NCBI GenBank assembly: GCA_018396775.1
Contig: JAGTRF010000006.1
Span: forward strand, 17,368-81,367
Source of the DNA: Candidatus Bathyarchaeota archaeon
Lineage (GTDB): Archaea > Thermoproteota > Bathyarchaeia > 40CM-2-53-6 > DTDX01
Direction: 5' to 3'
DNA: 64,000 bases
Both the position numbers and the translations under genes were made by a program. Shown here one piece after another: positions 19,181-28,556 of the stretch (its first letter is position 1; each line of letters begins with the position of its first letter). The notes beneath the pieces are model-generated. The model saw only the letters and a program-made list of their open reading frames with translations. It was not told the origin of the DNA and searched no databases.

Positions 19181-20284
19181 TCATAATCGCCTAGCAACTA
19201 ATCTTTTATAATTTTTCTCTACTTCTTTAAGAAGCGCTTCAGAATTTATAAAACCTTTAGATTTAACAATGCTTCCTATAGAGGCCCCTCCAGCGCCTAC
19301 TCCCTCTTTCACCACTCCCTGCTCATATGCTTTTAAACCCCAATATGAAGATTTGCTGAAATTTAAATTAGCAGCTATTACTGGAATTTTTCCAAATTGT
19401 TTTATTATTCCTTTTATATCTGAGCTTTTATCTTCAATAATCCATCTAGTGGTGCCGATAGCAATATTGTTTAAAGCTTCTGGTTTTTCAACTTTTAAGA
19501 TGGTTAAAATAGCTCCCATTTGCGTTCCACCAGCCATTAATACTTTAACTTCTTCAGCAGCTCCAGAAACTAACCCCGCGAAAGCAGGCATCATAGGGTC
19601 ACCAAATAACGCAACAGCCCCTAACGGCTTATTTTTTAAATCTCCAAAGCTTACTCCAGTTTTTTTAAAACCTTCTTTAACTACAAGACTCTTAAGATTA
19701 TGAGGGTTATTTATCATGCTGCTGCTGACTTTTCCTTCAGCATTTATACCTGCTGCAAGCATGACTGCTAAAGCTGTTGTTGTTCCACCTGGAACACTTT
19801 CCCCAATTATAATATAATCAGCTATTTTAGAAAAGTTTTTTCCAATCAACTCAGCTTTTTTAAAAATTTCTTCAGGCTTCTTTACAGCTTTTCCAGATCT
19901 TAAATCTTCTCCAGGCTCTCCCCCTAAATCTATTATTGGAGCGTAAGGCTTAATTTTAACTCCTCCAGACACGATAAAAGCAGGTATATCACCAATTTTT
20001 AATGCTGACATAGTTATTAAAGCAGGTGTTGGAATCCCTTCTGGGGTAGCTGGAACAACTGAGATGCATTTACATTCTCCATATAAAAGAAGCTCCATAT
20101 CTGCTGGGGGAGTATAATCTGTGAATTCTGGATTTTTTCCAGCAGCAGATATTCCAGGTATTTTTGCTGTCTCAGTTGTTCCTATAACACAAATGAAAAT
20201 AGGCTCTTTCTCTTTTATATCCATAAGAAAGGTTTTACATGCATCTTCATTTAAAGCAAACATTACATCATATTCATTTTCCAT
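19181..20284 (-). CDS. cobT: Nicotinate-nucleotide--dimethylbenzimidazole phosphoribosyltransferase, archaeal type
   Basis: Conserved GESVPGGTTTA motif of archaeal CobT; 367 aa. Confidence 0.8.
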   Translation of the reverse strand: MENEYDVMFALNEDACKTFLMDIKEKEPIFICVIGTTETAKIPGISAAGKNPEFTDYTPPADMELLLYGECKCISVVPATPEGIPTPALITMSALKIGDIPAFIVSGGVKIKPYAPIIDLGGEPGEDLRSGKAVKKPEEIFKKAELIGKNFSKIADYIIIGESVPGGTTTALAVMLAAGINAEGKVSSSMINNPHNLKSLVVKEGFKKTGVSFGDLKNKPLGAVALFGDPMMPAFAGLVSGAAEEVKVLMAGGTQMGAILTILKVEKPEALNNIAIGTTRWIIEDKSSDIKGIIKQFGKIPVIAANLNFSKSSYWGLKAYEQGVVKEGVGAGGASIGSIVKSKGFINSEALLKEVEKNYKRLVARRL

Positions 20285-20299
20285 TTTAATTCATCCAAT

Positions 20300-21247
20300 T
20301 TAGATTATACTTAATAAAAATGTTATAGGAACAACAAAAATTAATATAAATAAGAAAATTGTTAAATGCATAACTTTTAAGGCTAAAAAAATATCTTCAA
20401 TTGTAGGCGGTCTTAACTCTTTTCCCAATATGTAAAATTTCGGTTTCTCAAGCCTTACTTTTAATATACCTGCCATAGCTGCCATAGGCCAACCAGAATT
20501 AACGCTTAAAGACAAATTTTTATCTCTTATTAAAATTCGATTAGCAAATTTCCAATCTCTTTTTAAAATCAAGCAAGCTAAAAGCATAGTTATCGCTGAT
20601 AATCTAGCTGGCAGAAAATTTAGTAAAGTATCTATTTTAGCTGAAAACCAACCTATATTTATATGCTCGCTATTTCTATAACCTATCATAGAATCAAAAG
20701 TATTCGCTAACCGGAATGCCCATGCACCAGGCAACCCAAAAATCGCAAAATAAAATATAGGGCTAGCCACACCATCTACAATTCCTTCAGCAATAGTTTC
20801 GATCGCTGCAGAGGTTACTTGCTCTTTACTTAATTCTTTAGTGTTTCTTCCAACAATCTTGCCTACTAACTTTCTTGCTTCAATAATATTTTCTTCTTTC
20901 AAAGCTTTTATTAAAGGATTTATATGAAAGCTCCATGATTTTACAGCAAACGCAGGTTTTAAAAGCAATGCCACTACAAAAATATAGAGCATATAATTAA
21001 CTTTTTTAACAATTATTAAAATGATGCATATTGAAGGTATAAAGATTAGAAAACATAAAAGCCAAATTAATATACCATTAATTTTTTCTTTTCTAGAATT
21101 TAAAGATTTAAATTTAAGTTTTAAAAAAGAAATAATCCGCCCCATCCAAACAGTTGGATGAACCAATACAGGAGGTTCACCAAACAAAAAATCTATAATA
21201 AAAGCTAATCCAAGTATAAATAAATTCTCGATAAAACTTGAACTCAT
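20300..21247 (-). CDS. cbiB: Adenosylcobinamide-phosphate synthase CbiB/CobD
   Basis: Membrane protein with N-terminal LFGEPP..VHPTVWMG, the HPV..MG motif of CobD/CbiB. Confidence 0.8.
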   Translation of the reverse strand: MSSSFIENLFILGLAFIIDFLFGEPPVLVHPTVWMGRIISFLKLKFKSLNSRKEKINGILIWLLCFLIFIPSICIILIIVKKVNYMLYIFVVALLLKPAFAVKSWSFHINPLIKALKEENIIEARKLVGKIVGRNTKELSKEQVTSAAIETIAEGIVDGVASPIFYFAIFGLPGAWAFRLANTFDSMIGYRNSEHINIGWFSAKIDTLLNFLPARLSAITMLLACLILKRDWKFANRILIRDKNLSLSVNSGWPMAAMAGILKVRLEKPKFYILGKELRPPTIEDIFLALKVMHLTIFLFILIFVVPITFLLSII

Positions 21248-21310
21248 AACTTTCCCCTTATTTAAGCTTACTTCTATTTAAATCAACCGTTAAGCTTATA
21301 TATATGGATT

Positions 21311-22375
21311 ATGACACTTTATTTTAATCTTTGGATGGTTAATCCAACCATGAAGATTGAAAGAAAGCTTTTAGCTTTACTTATAATAATTCTCGTTATT
21401 GGAGCTATTTCAGGTTACAATTTCTATGCAATAACTCAGCTTAATCAAAGGATTAACGATTTAAATATAAGTCTTAACGCGATGGCTGTTAGCGAAATTA
21501 TTAAGGATGCTTATAGTAGAACTATAGTTGTTATTCCAGAAGGTGTTAAAGCCCCGCATATATCTGCAACTATAGTTAAAATTCCAGTAAAAAGAATTGC
21601 TTCATTTGCTCCCAGCATAACTGAAACGCTTTTTTCTTTAGGTGTAGGAAATAAAGTTGTAGCCATAACAAAATGGTGCGATTGGCCTCAAGAAGTGATA
21701 GATAAAAAGGAAGCAAGTGAACTTACTATTTTTGAAGATGTAGTTGATCCTGAGGTTGAAAAGGTTGCTGCAGCAAATCCTGATTTAATTTTAACTACAA
21801 CTATTATGAAGCCTGAAGGTGTAGCAAAGCTAGAGGAATTGGGGTTTCCTGTAGTTGGTATAGACTATGGAAGAAATCTTGGTGACATATATAATGCTAT
21901 AACGTTAATTGGTAAATTAACAGGAGCAGAAGATAAAGCAGAAAATCTTATAAATGAAATGAGGCAAAACATTACTAAAGTATCTAATGCGATAGCTAAT
22001 TTACCAAAGCTTAAAGTCTTTTGGATGAGTTGGCACGATCCTCTCATGTCAGCTGGGGAACCTAGTTTTATTAATACGCTTATTGAGGCTGCTGGAGGTG
22101 TAAACATCTTTAAGAGCGCAAATGTTGCTTGGCCTATGGTGAATCCTGAAGAAGTTCTAGCTCAAAACCCTGATGTTATTGCCTTCAGCGAGGGCCATCC
22201 AGGAGTATCAAATGTTAACGATCTTTTAAGCTTCTTTCCAGCTTGGAGTGAGATTAAAGCTGTAAAAGATGGAAAAGTCTTCATAGTACCAACATTCTTT
22301 ACGCATCCAGGTCCAAGAACAGCTGAAGCTATAGAAATCTTTGCTGAATTAATTCATGGAATTGAAATAGATTAA
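21311..22375 (+). CDS. ABC transporter periplasmic/extracytoplasmic substrate-binding protein, BtuF/FecB-like (cobalamin/siderophore class); likely start at Met 21350
   Basis: Signal-anchor N-terminus, class III PBP pattern (ASFAPSITETLFSLGVGNKVVAITKWCDWPQE), ends near a HPGPR motif. Adjacent to FecCD permease and ATPase. Confidence 0.7.
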   Translation: MTLYFNLWMVNPTMKIERKLLALLIIILVIGAISGYNFYAITQLNQRINDLNISLNAMAVSEIIKDAYSRTIVVIPEGVKAPHISATIVKIPVKRIASFAPSITETLFSLGVGNKVVAITKWCDWPQEVIDKKEASELTIFEDVVDPEVEKVAAANPDLILTTTIMKPEGVAKLEELGFPVVGIDYGRNLGDIYNAITLIGKLTGAEDKAENLINEMRQNITKVSNAIANLPKLKVFWMSWHDPLMSAGEPSFINTLIEAAGGVNIFKSANVAWPMVNPEEVLAQNPDVIAFSEGHPGVSNVNDLLSFFPAWSEIKAVKDGKVFIVPTFFTHPGPRTAEAIEIFAELIHGIEID

Positions 22376-22385
22376 GGGAAGCGTT

Positions 22386-23180
22386 ATGAAGCTGGGAGTC
22401 GTATTAAATAAACCGGAATTTATAGAAAATTTTGATTTAATTTTTTATCATATAAAACCTGTAAGCGGTATAAGAAGTAAAGCAGCGGAGCAAATATATA
22501 ATATAGTTAGCTGTTTTGGTGATAATAAGATAGCTCGCGAAAAACCTGAGTGGACAGCTTCATCCATGCATGATAAAGCTGTTAGAGGAAATAAAAGGCA
22601 CAATTTTCTTTGGGATTGGGTATGCCCTACAAATGAAGATTATGTAAAATATATTCTTAACATAATTGATGAAGCTTCAAAAGTTAACATAGCAGGCATA
22701 CACCTTGATTGTATTCATTTTCCAGAGGAAGAATACTGCATATGTCAACGATGCATAAAGATGTGGAAAGAAAGCGGGTTAAAATGGGCTAGTTGGAAGT
22801 CAAATATAATTAATGAATTTATAGAGAAAGCCTCAAAGTTAGTGAAAGCAAGCTTCTCTATAACGATACCCCCTGACCCCAGCTCTCCTAAAGAAAGGTT
22901 TGGCATAGATTTCACTACGCTTAGTAAGTATGCCGACTTCTTCATACTTCCGCTTTATGATACAACCTACTCAACAACTTATTGGGTGAAAATTTTAGCT
23001 CGATACTTTCGTAAACGAATTAAAGCACCGCTTTATATCGAACTTTATGCAGGTCCTCCAAAGCCATCTGTTAAAAATCTTATAAAAGCTATGGCTTCTG
23101 TATCTAACCATTCTGATGGAATAATATTCGCAGCATACGATGCATCTATAGCTAGAGAGATTCTAAAATCTATAAAGTGA
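22386..23180 (+). CDS. Hypothetical protein (possible TIM-barrel/glycoside-hydrolase-like fold) embedded in the transporter operon
   Basis: 264-aa ORF 10 nt after the binding-protein gene. Cys-rich central region (CIHFPEEEYCICQRC). No confident family match. Confidence 0.3.
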   Translation: MKLGVVLNKPEFIENFDLIFYHIKPVSGIRSKAAEQIYNIVSCFGDNKIAREKPEWTASSMHDKAVRGNKRHNFLWDWVCPTNEDYVKYILNIIDEASKVNIAGIHLDCIHFPEEEYCICQRCIKMWKESGLKWASWKSNIINEFIEKASKLVKASFSITIPPDPSSPKERFGIDFTTLSKYADFFILPLYDTTYSTTYWVKILARYFRKRIKAPLYIELYAGPPKPSVKNLIKAMASVSNHSDGIIFAAYDASIAREILKSIK

Positions 23181-23280
23181 CAGTAATGCCATTAAAAGAG
23201 ATAATTAAAGAGAGTAAAACGCTTTTTAAAACTGTCCTTCTTAAAGAGGGGTTAAAAATAATAGGAATGTTTAATGGATT

Positions 23281-24045
23281 ATGACAAGCATTTACCATAT
23301 TACATATTATACTTATGATAACTCTATATACATCTTTTTTCAAGGATGCAATTTTCAATGTAAAGGATGCATATTAAAGCAGTTGATTTGGGATTGTCAT
23401 CTTAATAATGAGAATCAACATGCTCTTCAAGCTGTTAAAGATTTAAGAAAATTATCTTTAAGCGAATTTAAGGATATTATTAAAGGATTTGATGTAAAAA
23501 AAGCTATATTAGGAGGGGGAGAACCTACCATTGATAAAGAGTTACCAGATATAATTAATGTGCTTAATGCGCTTGGTGTTAAAACTCGCTTATTAACTAA
23601 TGGTTATCTTATAAATGAAGATTTCATAAAAAAATTAGAAGAAGCGGGGCTTTCTAGCATTTGCATAAGCATTAAAGCTTATGATGATGATATTCATCAA
23701 TTTTATACAGGGAAAAGCAATAAACCGGTTTTAAATAATTTTAAGATCCTAGATAAAAGCCAGATTGAATTGATGGCGGAAAGCGTTTTGATTCCAGAAT
23801 TAATCGAGTATAATGAAATTAAAAGAATAGCTAAATTTATCGCAGGTATCCGCTCATCTATACCGTATAGAATAGATGCTTTTATTCCTATTAACGATGC
23901 CTCTTGGAGAGCGCCTTCTTTAGAAGAGGTGATTAAAGCATCGAAAATAGCTAAAAGATACTTAAAAAAAGTTCATTATATTTATAACAAAACAAAAATC
24001 AAGGGAGAAGTCATCAATATTTACCCAAAAATAAAAGCGAGATAA
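23281..24045 (+). CDS. Radical SAM protein, PflA/NrdG-activase-like (single 4Fe-4S cluster)
   Basis: FFQGCNFQCKGC (CxxxCxxC) motif at the N-terminus and GGGEPT SAM-binding motif; 254 aa. Confidence 0.6.
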   Translation: MTSIYHITYYTYDNSIYIFFQGCNFQCKGCILKQLIWDCHLNNENQHALQAVKDLRKLSLSEFKDIIKGFDVKKAILGGGEPTIDKELPDIINVLNALGVKTRLLTNGYLINEDFIKKLEEAGLSSICISIKAYDDDIHQFYTGKSNKPVLNNFKILDKSQIELMAESVLIPELIEYNEIKRIAKFIAGIRSSIPYRIDAFIPINDASWRAPSLEEVIKASKIAKRYLKKVHYIYNKTKIKGEVINIYPKIKAR

Positions 24046-24046
24046 A

Positions 24047-25096
24047 ATGAATCTTTATTATAATGAATTAAATCCACTCAAGCATTATTGTAAAAAAATT
24101 AAGTTAACTAAGTTTATTTTTTTAATATTAATTGTTTTACTTGTTTTCTCTTTCTTTTTAGGCTTATCTGTAGGCGCTGTTGATATACCATTAAGTAATG
24201 TTATCAAAATCTTATTTAATTCTAACCATAGTGAAAGCATGCATGCAAAAATATTATTTGATATCCGTCTTCCAAGAGTTATTGCAACTTTATTTATAGG
24301 AGCTGCTTTAGCTACAAGCGGGGTGAGTTTACAAACTTTATTTAGAAATCAATTAGCGGAACCATATATTCTTGGGATTGCAAGCGGAGCTCTTCTTGGA
24401 GTTTCAATAATAGTAGCATTAGGTATAACGCAGCAACCATTCGGTTTATATACTATGTCGCTTATGGCTTTTTTAGGCGCTTTCCTCACAACTTTACTGG
24501 TTTATACAATAAGTAAAGCCTTTGGTTTAAGACCGGTATCAGTATTGTTGATAGGCCTTGCCTTCAGCTTCCTCTCCTCCTCTATGGTAACTTTCCTTCA
24601 ATACTTAGCATTAAAGGATATTCATGTAATTTTTTCCTGGATGATGGGGAGTTTTTCAGCGATTAATTGGAATCATATTCAAATAATGGCAATAATTATT
24701 CCATTAGGCTTACTTCTGCTTTTTATTAAAGTAAAGGATCTTAACGCGATGTTGCTAGGAGAAGAATATGCTAAACAGCTTGGGGTAAATATAAAGAATC
24801 TTACTCAACATCTTATTATAGTTGTAGCTATTGTTACTTCAATTTCTGTAGCGTCCGCTGGAACAATAGGGTTTGTAGGTTTAGTGATACCTCATATAGC
24901 AAGGCTTATCATAGGTTATGATAATAAATTCCTTATGCCAACATCAGCACTTATAGGCGCCTCTTTTTTAACTTTATCAGATGCTCTCTCAAGAGTTATT
25001 ATACGTCCATCAGAGCTGCCAATAGGAGTTGTAACATCCATGATAGGCGCACCATTATTTATTTATCTTCTGCTTAAAAAGGGGAGAAGTGGATAA
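24047..25096 (+). CDS. ABC transporter permease, FecCD/BtuC family
   Basis: About 10 TM segments and a FecCD-type conserved loop. Start 1 nt after the stop of the radical SAM gene. Confidence 0.75.
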   Translation: MNLYYNELNPLKHYCKKIKLTKFIFLILIVLLVFSFFLGLSVGAVDIPLSNVIKILFNSNHSESMHAKILFDIRLPRVIATLFIGAALATSGVSLQTLFRNQLAEPYILGIASGALLGVSIIVALGITQQPFGLYTMSLMAFLGAFLTTLLVYTISKAFGLRPVSVLLIGLAFSFLSSSMVTFLQYLALKDIHVIFSWMMGSFSAINWNHIQIMAIIIPLGLLLLFIKVKDLNAMLLGEEYAKQLGVNIKNLTQHLIIVVAIVTSISVASAGTIGFVGLVIPHIARLIIGYDNKFLMPTSALIGASFLTLSDALSRVIIRPSELPIGVVTSMIGAPLFIYLLLKKGRSG

Positions 25097-25098
25097 TT

Positions 25099-26382
25099 AT
25101 GGTGAATATTGAAATTGAAGGCATCCACTTTAGTTACAAGTCTACTAAAGTATTAGAAAACTTAACTGCTAAAATTGAGGGGGGAAGCTTCGTAGGCTTG
25201 CTTGGTCCAAATGGATCAGGTAAAACAACATTATTAAAATGTTTAAGCGGAATACTTAAGCCGAAGATGGGGTTAATCTTCTTTGATGGTAAAAGTTTAG
25301 AGATTTTTTCAGGAAGTGATTTAGCAAAAAACTTTTCTATTGTCTTTACAAATGCTATTGATACACCTCAAATGGAGGTATTTGACATAATAGCTACTGC
25401 AAGGCATCCATGGACGGGGTGGCTAGGGTCTCTTAGCTTAAGAGATATAAATATTATAAATGAAGCTTTAGAGATACTTAATATAAAGGATTTTGTTGCA
25501 AGACGGTTTAATGAGCTTAGCGATGGTCAAAAACAAAAGGTTTTAATTGCAAGAGCGGTAGCTCAAGAAGCAAAAGTTTTACTTTTAGATGAACCTGCAG
25601 CCCATCTTGATATAAAACATCAAATTGAAGTTCTTAACATCATCAAAAAAATTACAAAAGAAAAGAATTTGATAACAATAGGTGCATTGCATGATATAAA
25701 TCTTGCTGCTTTTTTCTGCGATTCAATAATTTTATTGAATAAGGGTAAAATAACCTCTATAGGTTCAGTTGAATCTGTTTTAACTAGCAAAAATATTGAA
25801 AAAGTTTTTAACATAAAGGTGATCGTAAAAAAACATCCAATTACCGGTTCCCCATACATAATGCCTATATGCTCTCCAGAGTTAAAAACAGTTCAACCAA
25901 AAAATATAACGGTTCATATAGTATGCGGTGGCGGTACAGGAGCTTCATTAATGAAGATGCTGCTGGAATATGGATGTAGAGTAACTGCAGGAGTGCTTAA
26001 TGTATTAGATAGTGATTATGAAGAGGCAAGCATGCTTGGGATAGAAGTTGTAAGCGAGGCTCCATTCTCTCCAATAACAAATGATTCATACGAAGCTAAC
26101 TTGAGAAAAATGAATGAAGCTGATATAATTATATTAACTAATGTGCCTTTTGGATATGGAAACATTAAAAATCTCGAAGCATGCGTAACAGCTTTAAAAA
26201 AAGATGCGACAATTATAGTTATTGAAGAAACAAATATTGAAAAAAGGGATTTTACAGGAGGCGAAGCTCAAGCATTATATAATGAATTAAAAGGAGGCGC
26301 GATATTTGTTAAAAATTATAACCAAGCCTTATCTATGATAGAGAATGTTCAAAAACATTATAAAAAATTTAATTTAAAATAA
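25099..26382 (+). CDS. ABC transporter ATP-binding protein (BtuD/FecE-like) fused to a ~170-aa C-terminal Rossmann-like domain of unknown function
   Basis: Walker A GPNGSGKTTLLK, signature LSDGQKQKV, Walker B LLLDEPAAHLD in the first ~250 aa. The C-terminal part (HIVCGGGTGASLMK...IIVIEET) is additional. Confidence 0.7.
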   Translation: MVNIEIEGIHFSYKSTKVLENLTAKIEGGSFVGLLGPNGSGKTTLLKCLSGILKPKMGLIFFDGKSLEIFSGSDLAKNFSIVFTNAIDTPQMEVFDIIATARHPWTGWLGSLSLRDINIINEALEILNIKDFVARRFNELSDGQKQKVLIARAVAQEAKVLLLDEPAAHLDIKHQIEVLNIIKKITKEKNLITIGALHDINLAAFFCDSIILLNKGKITSIGSVESVLTSKNIEKVFNIKVIVKKHPITGSPYIMPICSPELKTVQPKNITVHIVCGGGTGASLMKMLLEYGCRVTAGVLNVLDSDYEEASMLGIEVVSEAPFSPITNDSYEANLRKMNEADIIILTNVPFGYGNIKNLEACVTALKKDATIIVIEETNIEKRDFTGGEAQALYNELKGGAIFVKNYNQALSMIENVQKHYKKFNLK

Positions 26383-26414
26383 AAGCATGATTTAATCGAT
26401 TTAAGGCGCTTAAA

Positions 26415-27071
26415 ATGAAAGCGATTAAGAAGCTTATAGAAGTTGTTGAAGAAAGCAAAAGCAAAGGGCCAACTCCCTCTTTCTCCTTCCTCGATATATT
26501 AAATGCTTTAGAAGCTATTTGGAGAAATAAAATTATAGGTAGAAAGAAGCTTTCTGTTGAAATTGGTTTAGGTGAAGGCTCCACTAGAACGATAATAAAA
26601 TGGTTAAAAAAACTGGGATTAGTTAACTCAAACAAGCCTGGATGCAAATTAACTAAAGAAGGTATACGCTTAATTCAACATCTTAAATCTAAAATTGGCC
26701 CCGCTTCAATGGTTTCAAAAAGCTTTTTAGCTGTTGGCGAAGCGAATTTTGGAATTTTAGTTAAGAAAGCTAGCTTTAAAGTTAAAAATGGAATAGAACA
26801 AAGAGATACAGCGATTAAAGCTGGAGCAGACGCGGCAACCACTCTTATTTTTAAGAAGGAGGGCTTAACTCTTCCCCCTATGAATAAACTGCTTAATAAA
26901 GAATATCCTAACCTTGCTAAAGAGATTTACCAAATATTTCAACCAAAAGAAAATGATGTTATCATAATTTGCAGCGCAAAAAACAAGTTGCTAGCAGAAA
27001 AAGGAGCTAAAGCTGCAGCATTAAGCTTAATTAAGGAAGATAAGAAAAATAAAGAAGAAAGCTTATTTTAA
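26415..27071 (+). CDS. Putative transcriptional regulator with N-terminal winged-helix domain
   Basis: An N-terminal region of ~70 aa has HTH-like character (LDILNALEAIWRNKIIGRKKLSVEIGLGEGSTRTIIKWLKKLGLV). The C-terminal domain is unassigned. Confidence 0.35.
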   Translation: MKAIKKLIEVVEESKSKGPTPSFSFLDILNALEAIWRNKIIGRKKLSVEIGLGEGSTRTIIKWLKKLGLVNSNKPGCKLTKEGIRLIQHLKSKIGPASMVSKSFLAVGEANFGILVKKASFKVKNGIEQRDTAIKAGADAATTLIFKKEGLTLPPMNKLLNKEYPNLAKEIYQIFQPKENDVIIICSAKNKLLAEKGAKAAALSLIKEDKKNKEESLF

Positions 27072-27101
27072 TGAAGTAATAAAAATTTAAAGTGGATAAA
27101 A

Positions 27102-27872
27102 ATGCAGCGTTTATTTACACAAAAGTTTTTTATTAGCATTATAACCATTGAAGCGTTATTTTCAATTTTATTTTTCATAATATTAGCTTTAAACAAATCT
27201 TTAATTAGCTTGTTTACAGATTACGCGGTTGCTATATGCGCTTTTCTTCCTGTTGCTGCAGGCTTACTACTGGTTAAGAAGCATAACGTTTTTAACTCTC
27301 TTTTCGGTAAATGCTTCTTTTTTTTAACAGCAGGTTTAACTCTATGGTTTTTAGGTGAAGCTTTATGGCCTATTTACACAAGAATCCTAAACATAGAGCC
27401 GTCTTCTCCATCATTAATGGATTTTTTATGGATGATTGGTTATATTTTCATTGGAGTAGGTGTTTACTGGGTTTTTACAATTTTTAAACCTAAACTTATA
27501 TTAAAGCGTGCAGCGCTTCTTCTAATTGTTTTTTTAACTTTAATAGCGGTTTTAACAATTGTTTATTTAACACCAATTATTTATAAAGGAAGCTCAGCTT
27601 TAGAGCAATTTATATACGGTTATTATTTAGCAATGGACATTATTATTTTAAGCCTTTTAACAACTGTTCATATGGTTTTTAAAGGTGGAAAAGTTTCTAA
27701 GCCTTGGTTAATTTTAATTGCAGGCTTAACAGTTACATTTTTAGCGGATATATTTTTTAATTTAGCCATTAGCGTTAACTCAGAGCTTTATTTAAGCATA
27801 GGAGACTTAATTTATATTAATGGTTACTCCTTAATTGGTTTAGGTTTAACTAAGCATTTAATAGAGCTTTAA
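27102..27872 (+). CDS. Hypothetical polytopic membrane protein (6-7 TM)
   Basis: Hydrophobic segments throughout; no motif recognised. Confidence 0.4.
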   Translation: MQRLFTQKFFISIITIEALFSILFFIILALNKSLISLFTDYAVAICAFLPVAAGLLLVKKHNVFNSLFGKCFFFLTAGLTLWFLGEALWPIYTRILNIEPSSPSLMDFLWMIGYIFIGVGVYWVFTIFKPKLILKRAALLLIVFLTLIAVLTIVYLTPIIYKGSSALEQFIYGYYLAMDIIILSLLTTVHMVFKGGKVSKPWLILIAGLTVTFLADIFFNLAISVNSELYLSIGDLIYINGYSLIGLGLTKHLIEL

Positions 27873-27897
27873 AATTTTACAATTATTTGGGAGAGAG

Positions 27898-28556
27898 TTG
27901 TTACGAAAAGCTTTATTTCTTGGAGCGGGGGAAAAGACAGTTGTTTAGCTCTTTATAAAGCTTTAAAAACAGGTGTTAAAGCTTCATTTTTATTAACAAT
28001 GCTTGAAGAAAAAGGGTTAAGATCTAGAAGCCATGGATTAAAGAAGAAAGTTTTTGACATTCAATCTAAAGCTATTGGAGTGCCAATTTTATATAAAAAA
28101 ACTTCTTGGGAAAACTATGAAGAAAAATTTAAAGAAGCTATAGAATGGTTAAAAAAGCATGGAGTTGAAGCAGGTGTTTTCGGAGATATATATTTGCCAG
28201 AACATAAAGATTGGGTTGAAAAAGTTTGCAGTGAAACAAAAATTAAGGCTTTAGAACCTCTTTGGGGAGAACCATATGAGAAAATAATTAACGAATTTTT
28301 AGCCTACGGTTTTGAAGCTATAATTATAAGCGTTAAATCTAAATTAATTAATGAAGATTGGCTTGGCAAAAGCTTTAACAAAAACTTTATTAATTATCTT
28401 AAAAGCATTAAAGTTGATTTGCTTGGTGAAAATGGAGAATATCACACGTTAGTAACTTATGGACCTTTATTTAAAAAAAGAATTAAAATACTAAAGGATG
28501 AAAAAATTCAGGTTGGTGATCACAGCTTTTTAGATGTAGAAGTTGATTTAAAATGA
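27898..28556 (+). CDS. Dph6-like PP-loop ATP pyrophosphatase (diphthine-ammonia ligase / MJ0570 family); 5' end carries an apparent frameshift in an A4 run
   Basis: The frame containing SFISWSGGKDSCLALYKAL (PP-loop SGGKDS) has no canonical start before the motif. A TTG at 27898, preceded by a GGGAGAGAG RBS, is in the -1 frame. One extra A in the run 27906-27909 would give MLRKSFISWSGGKDSC. Confidence 0.55.
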
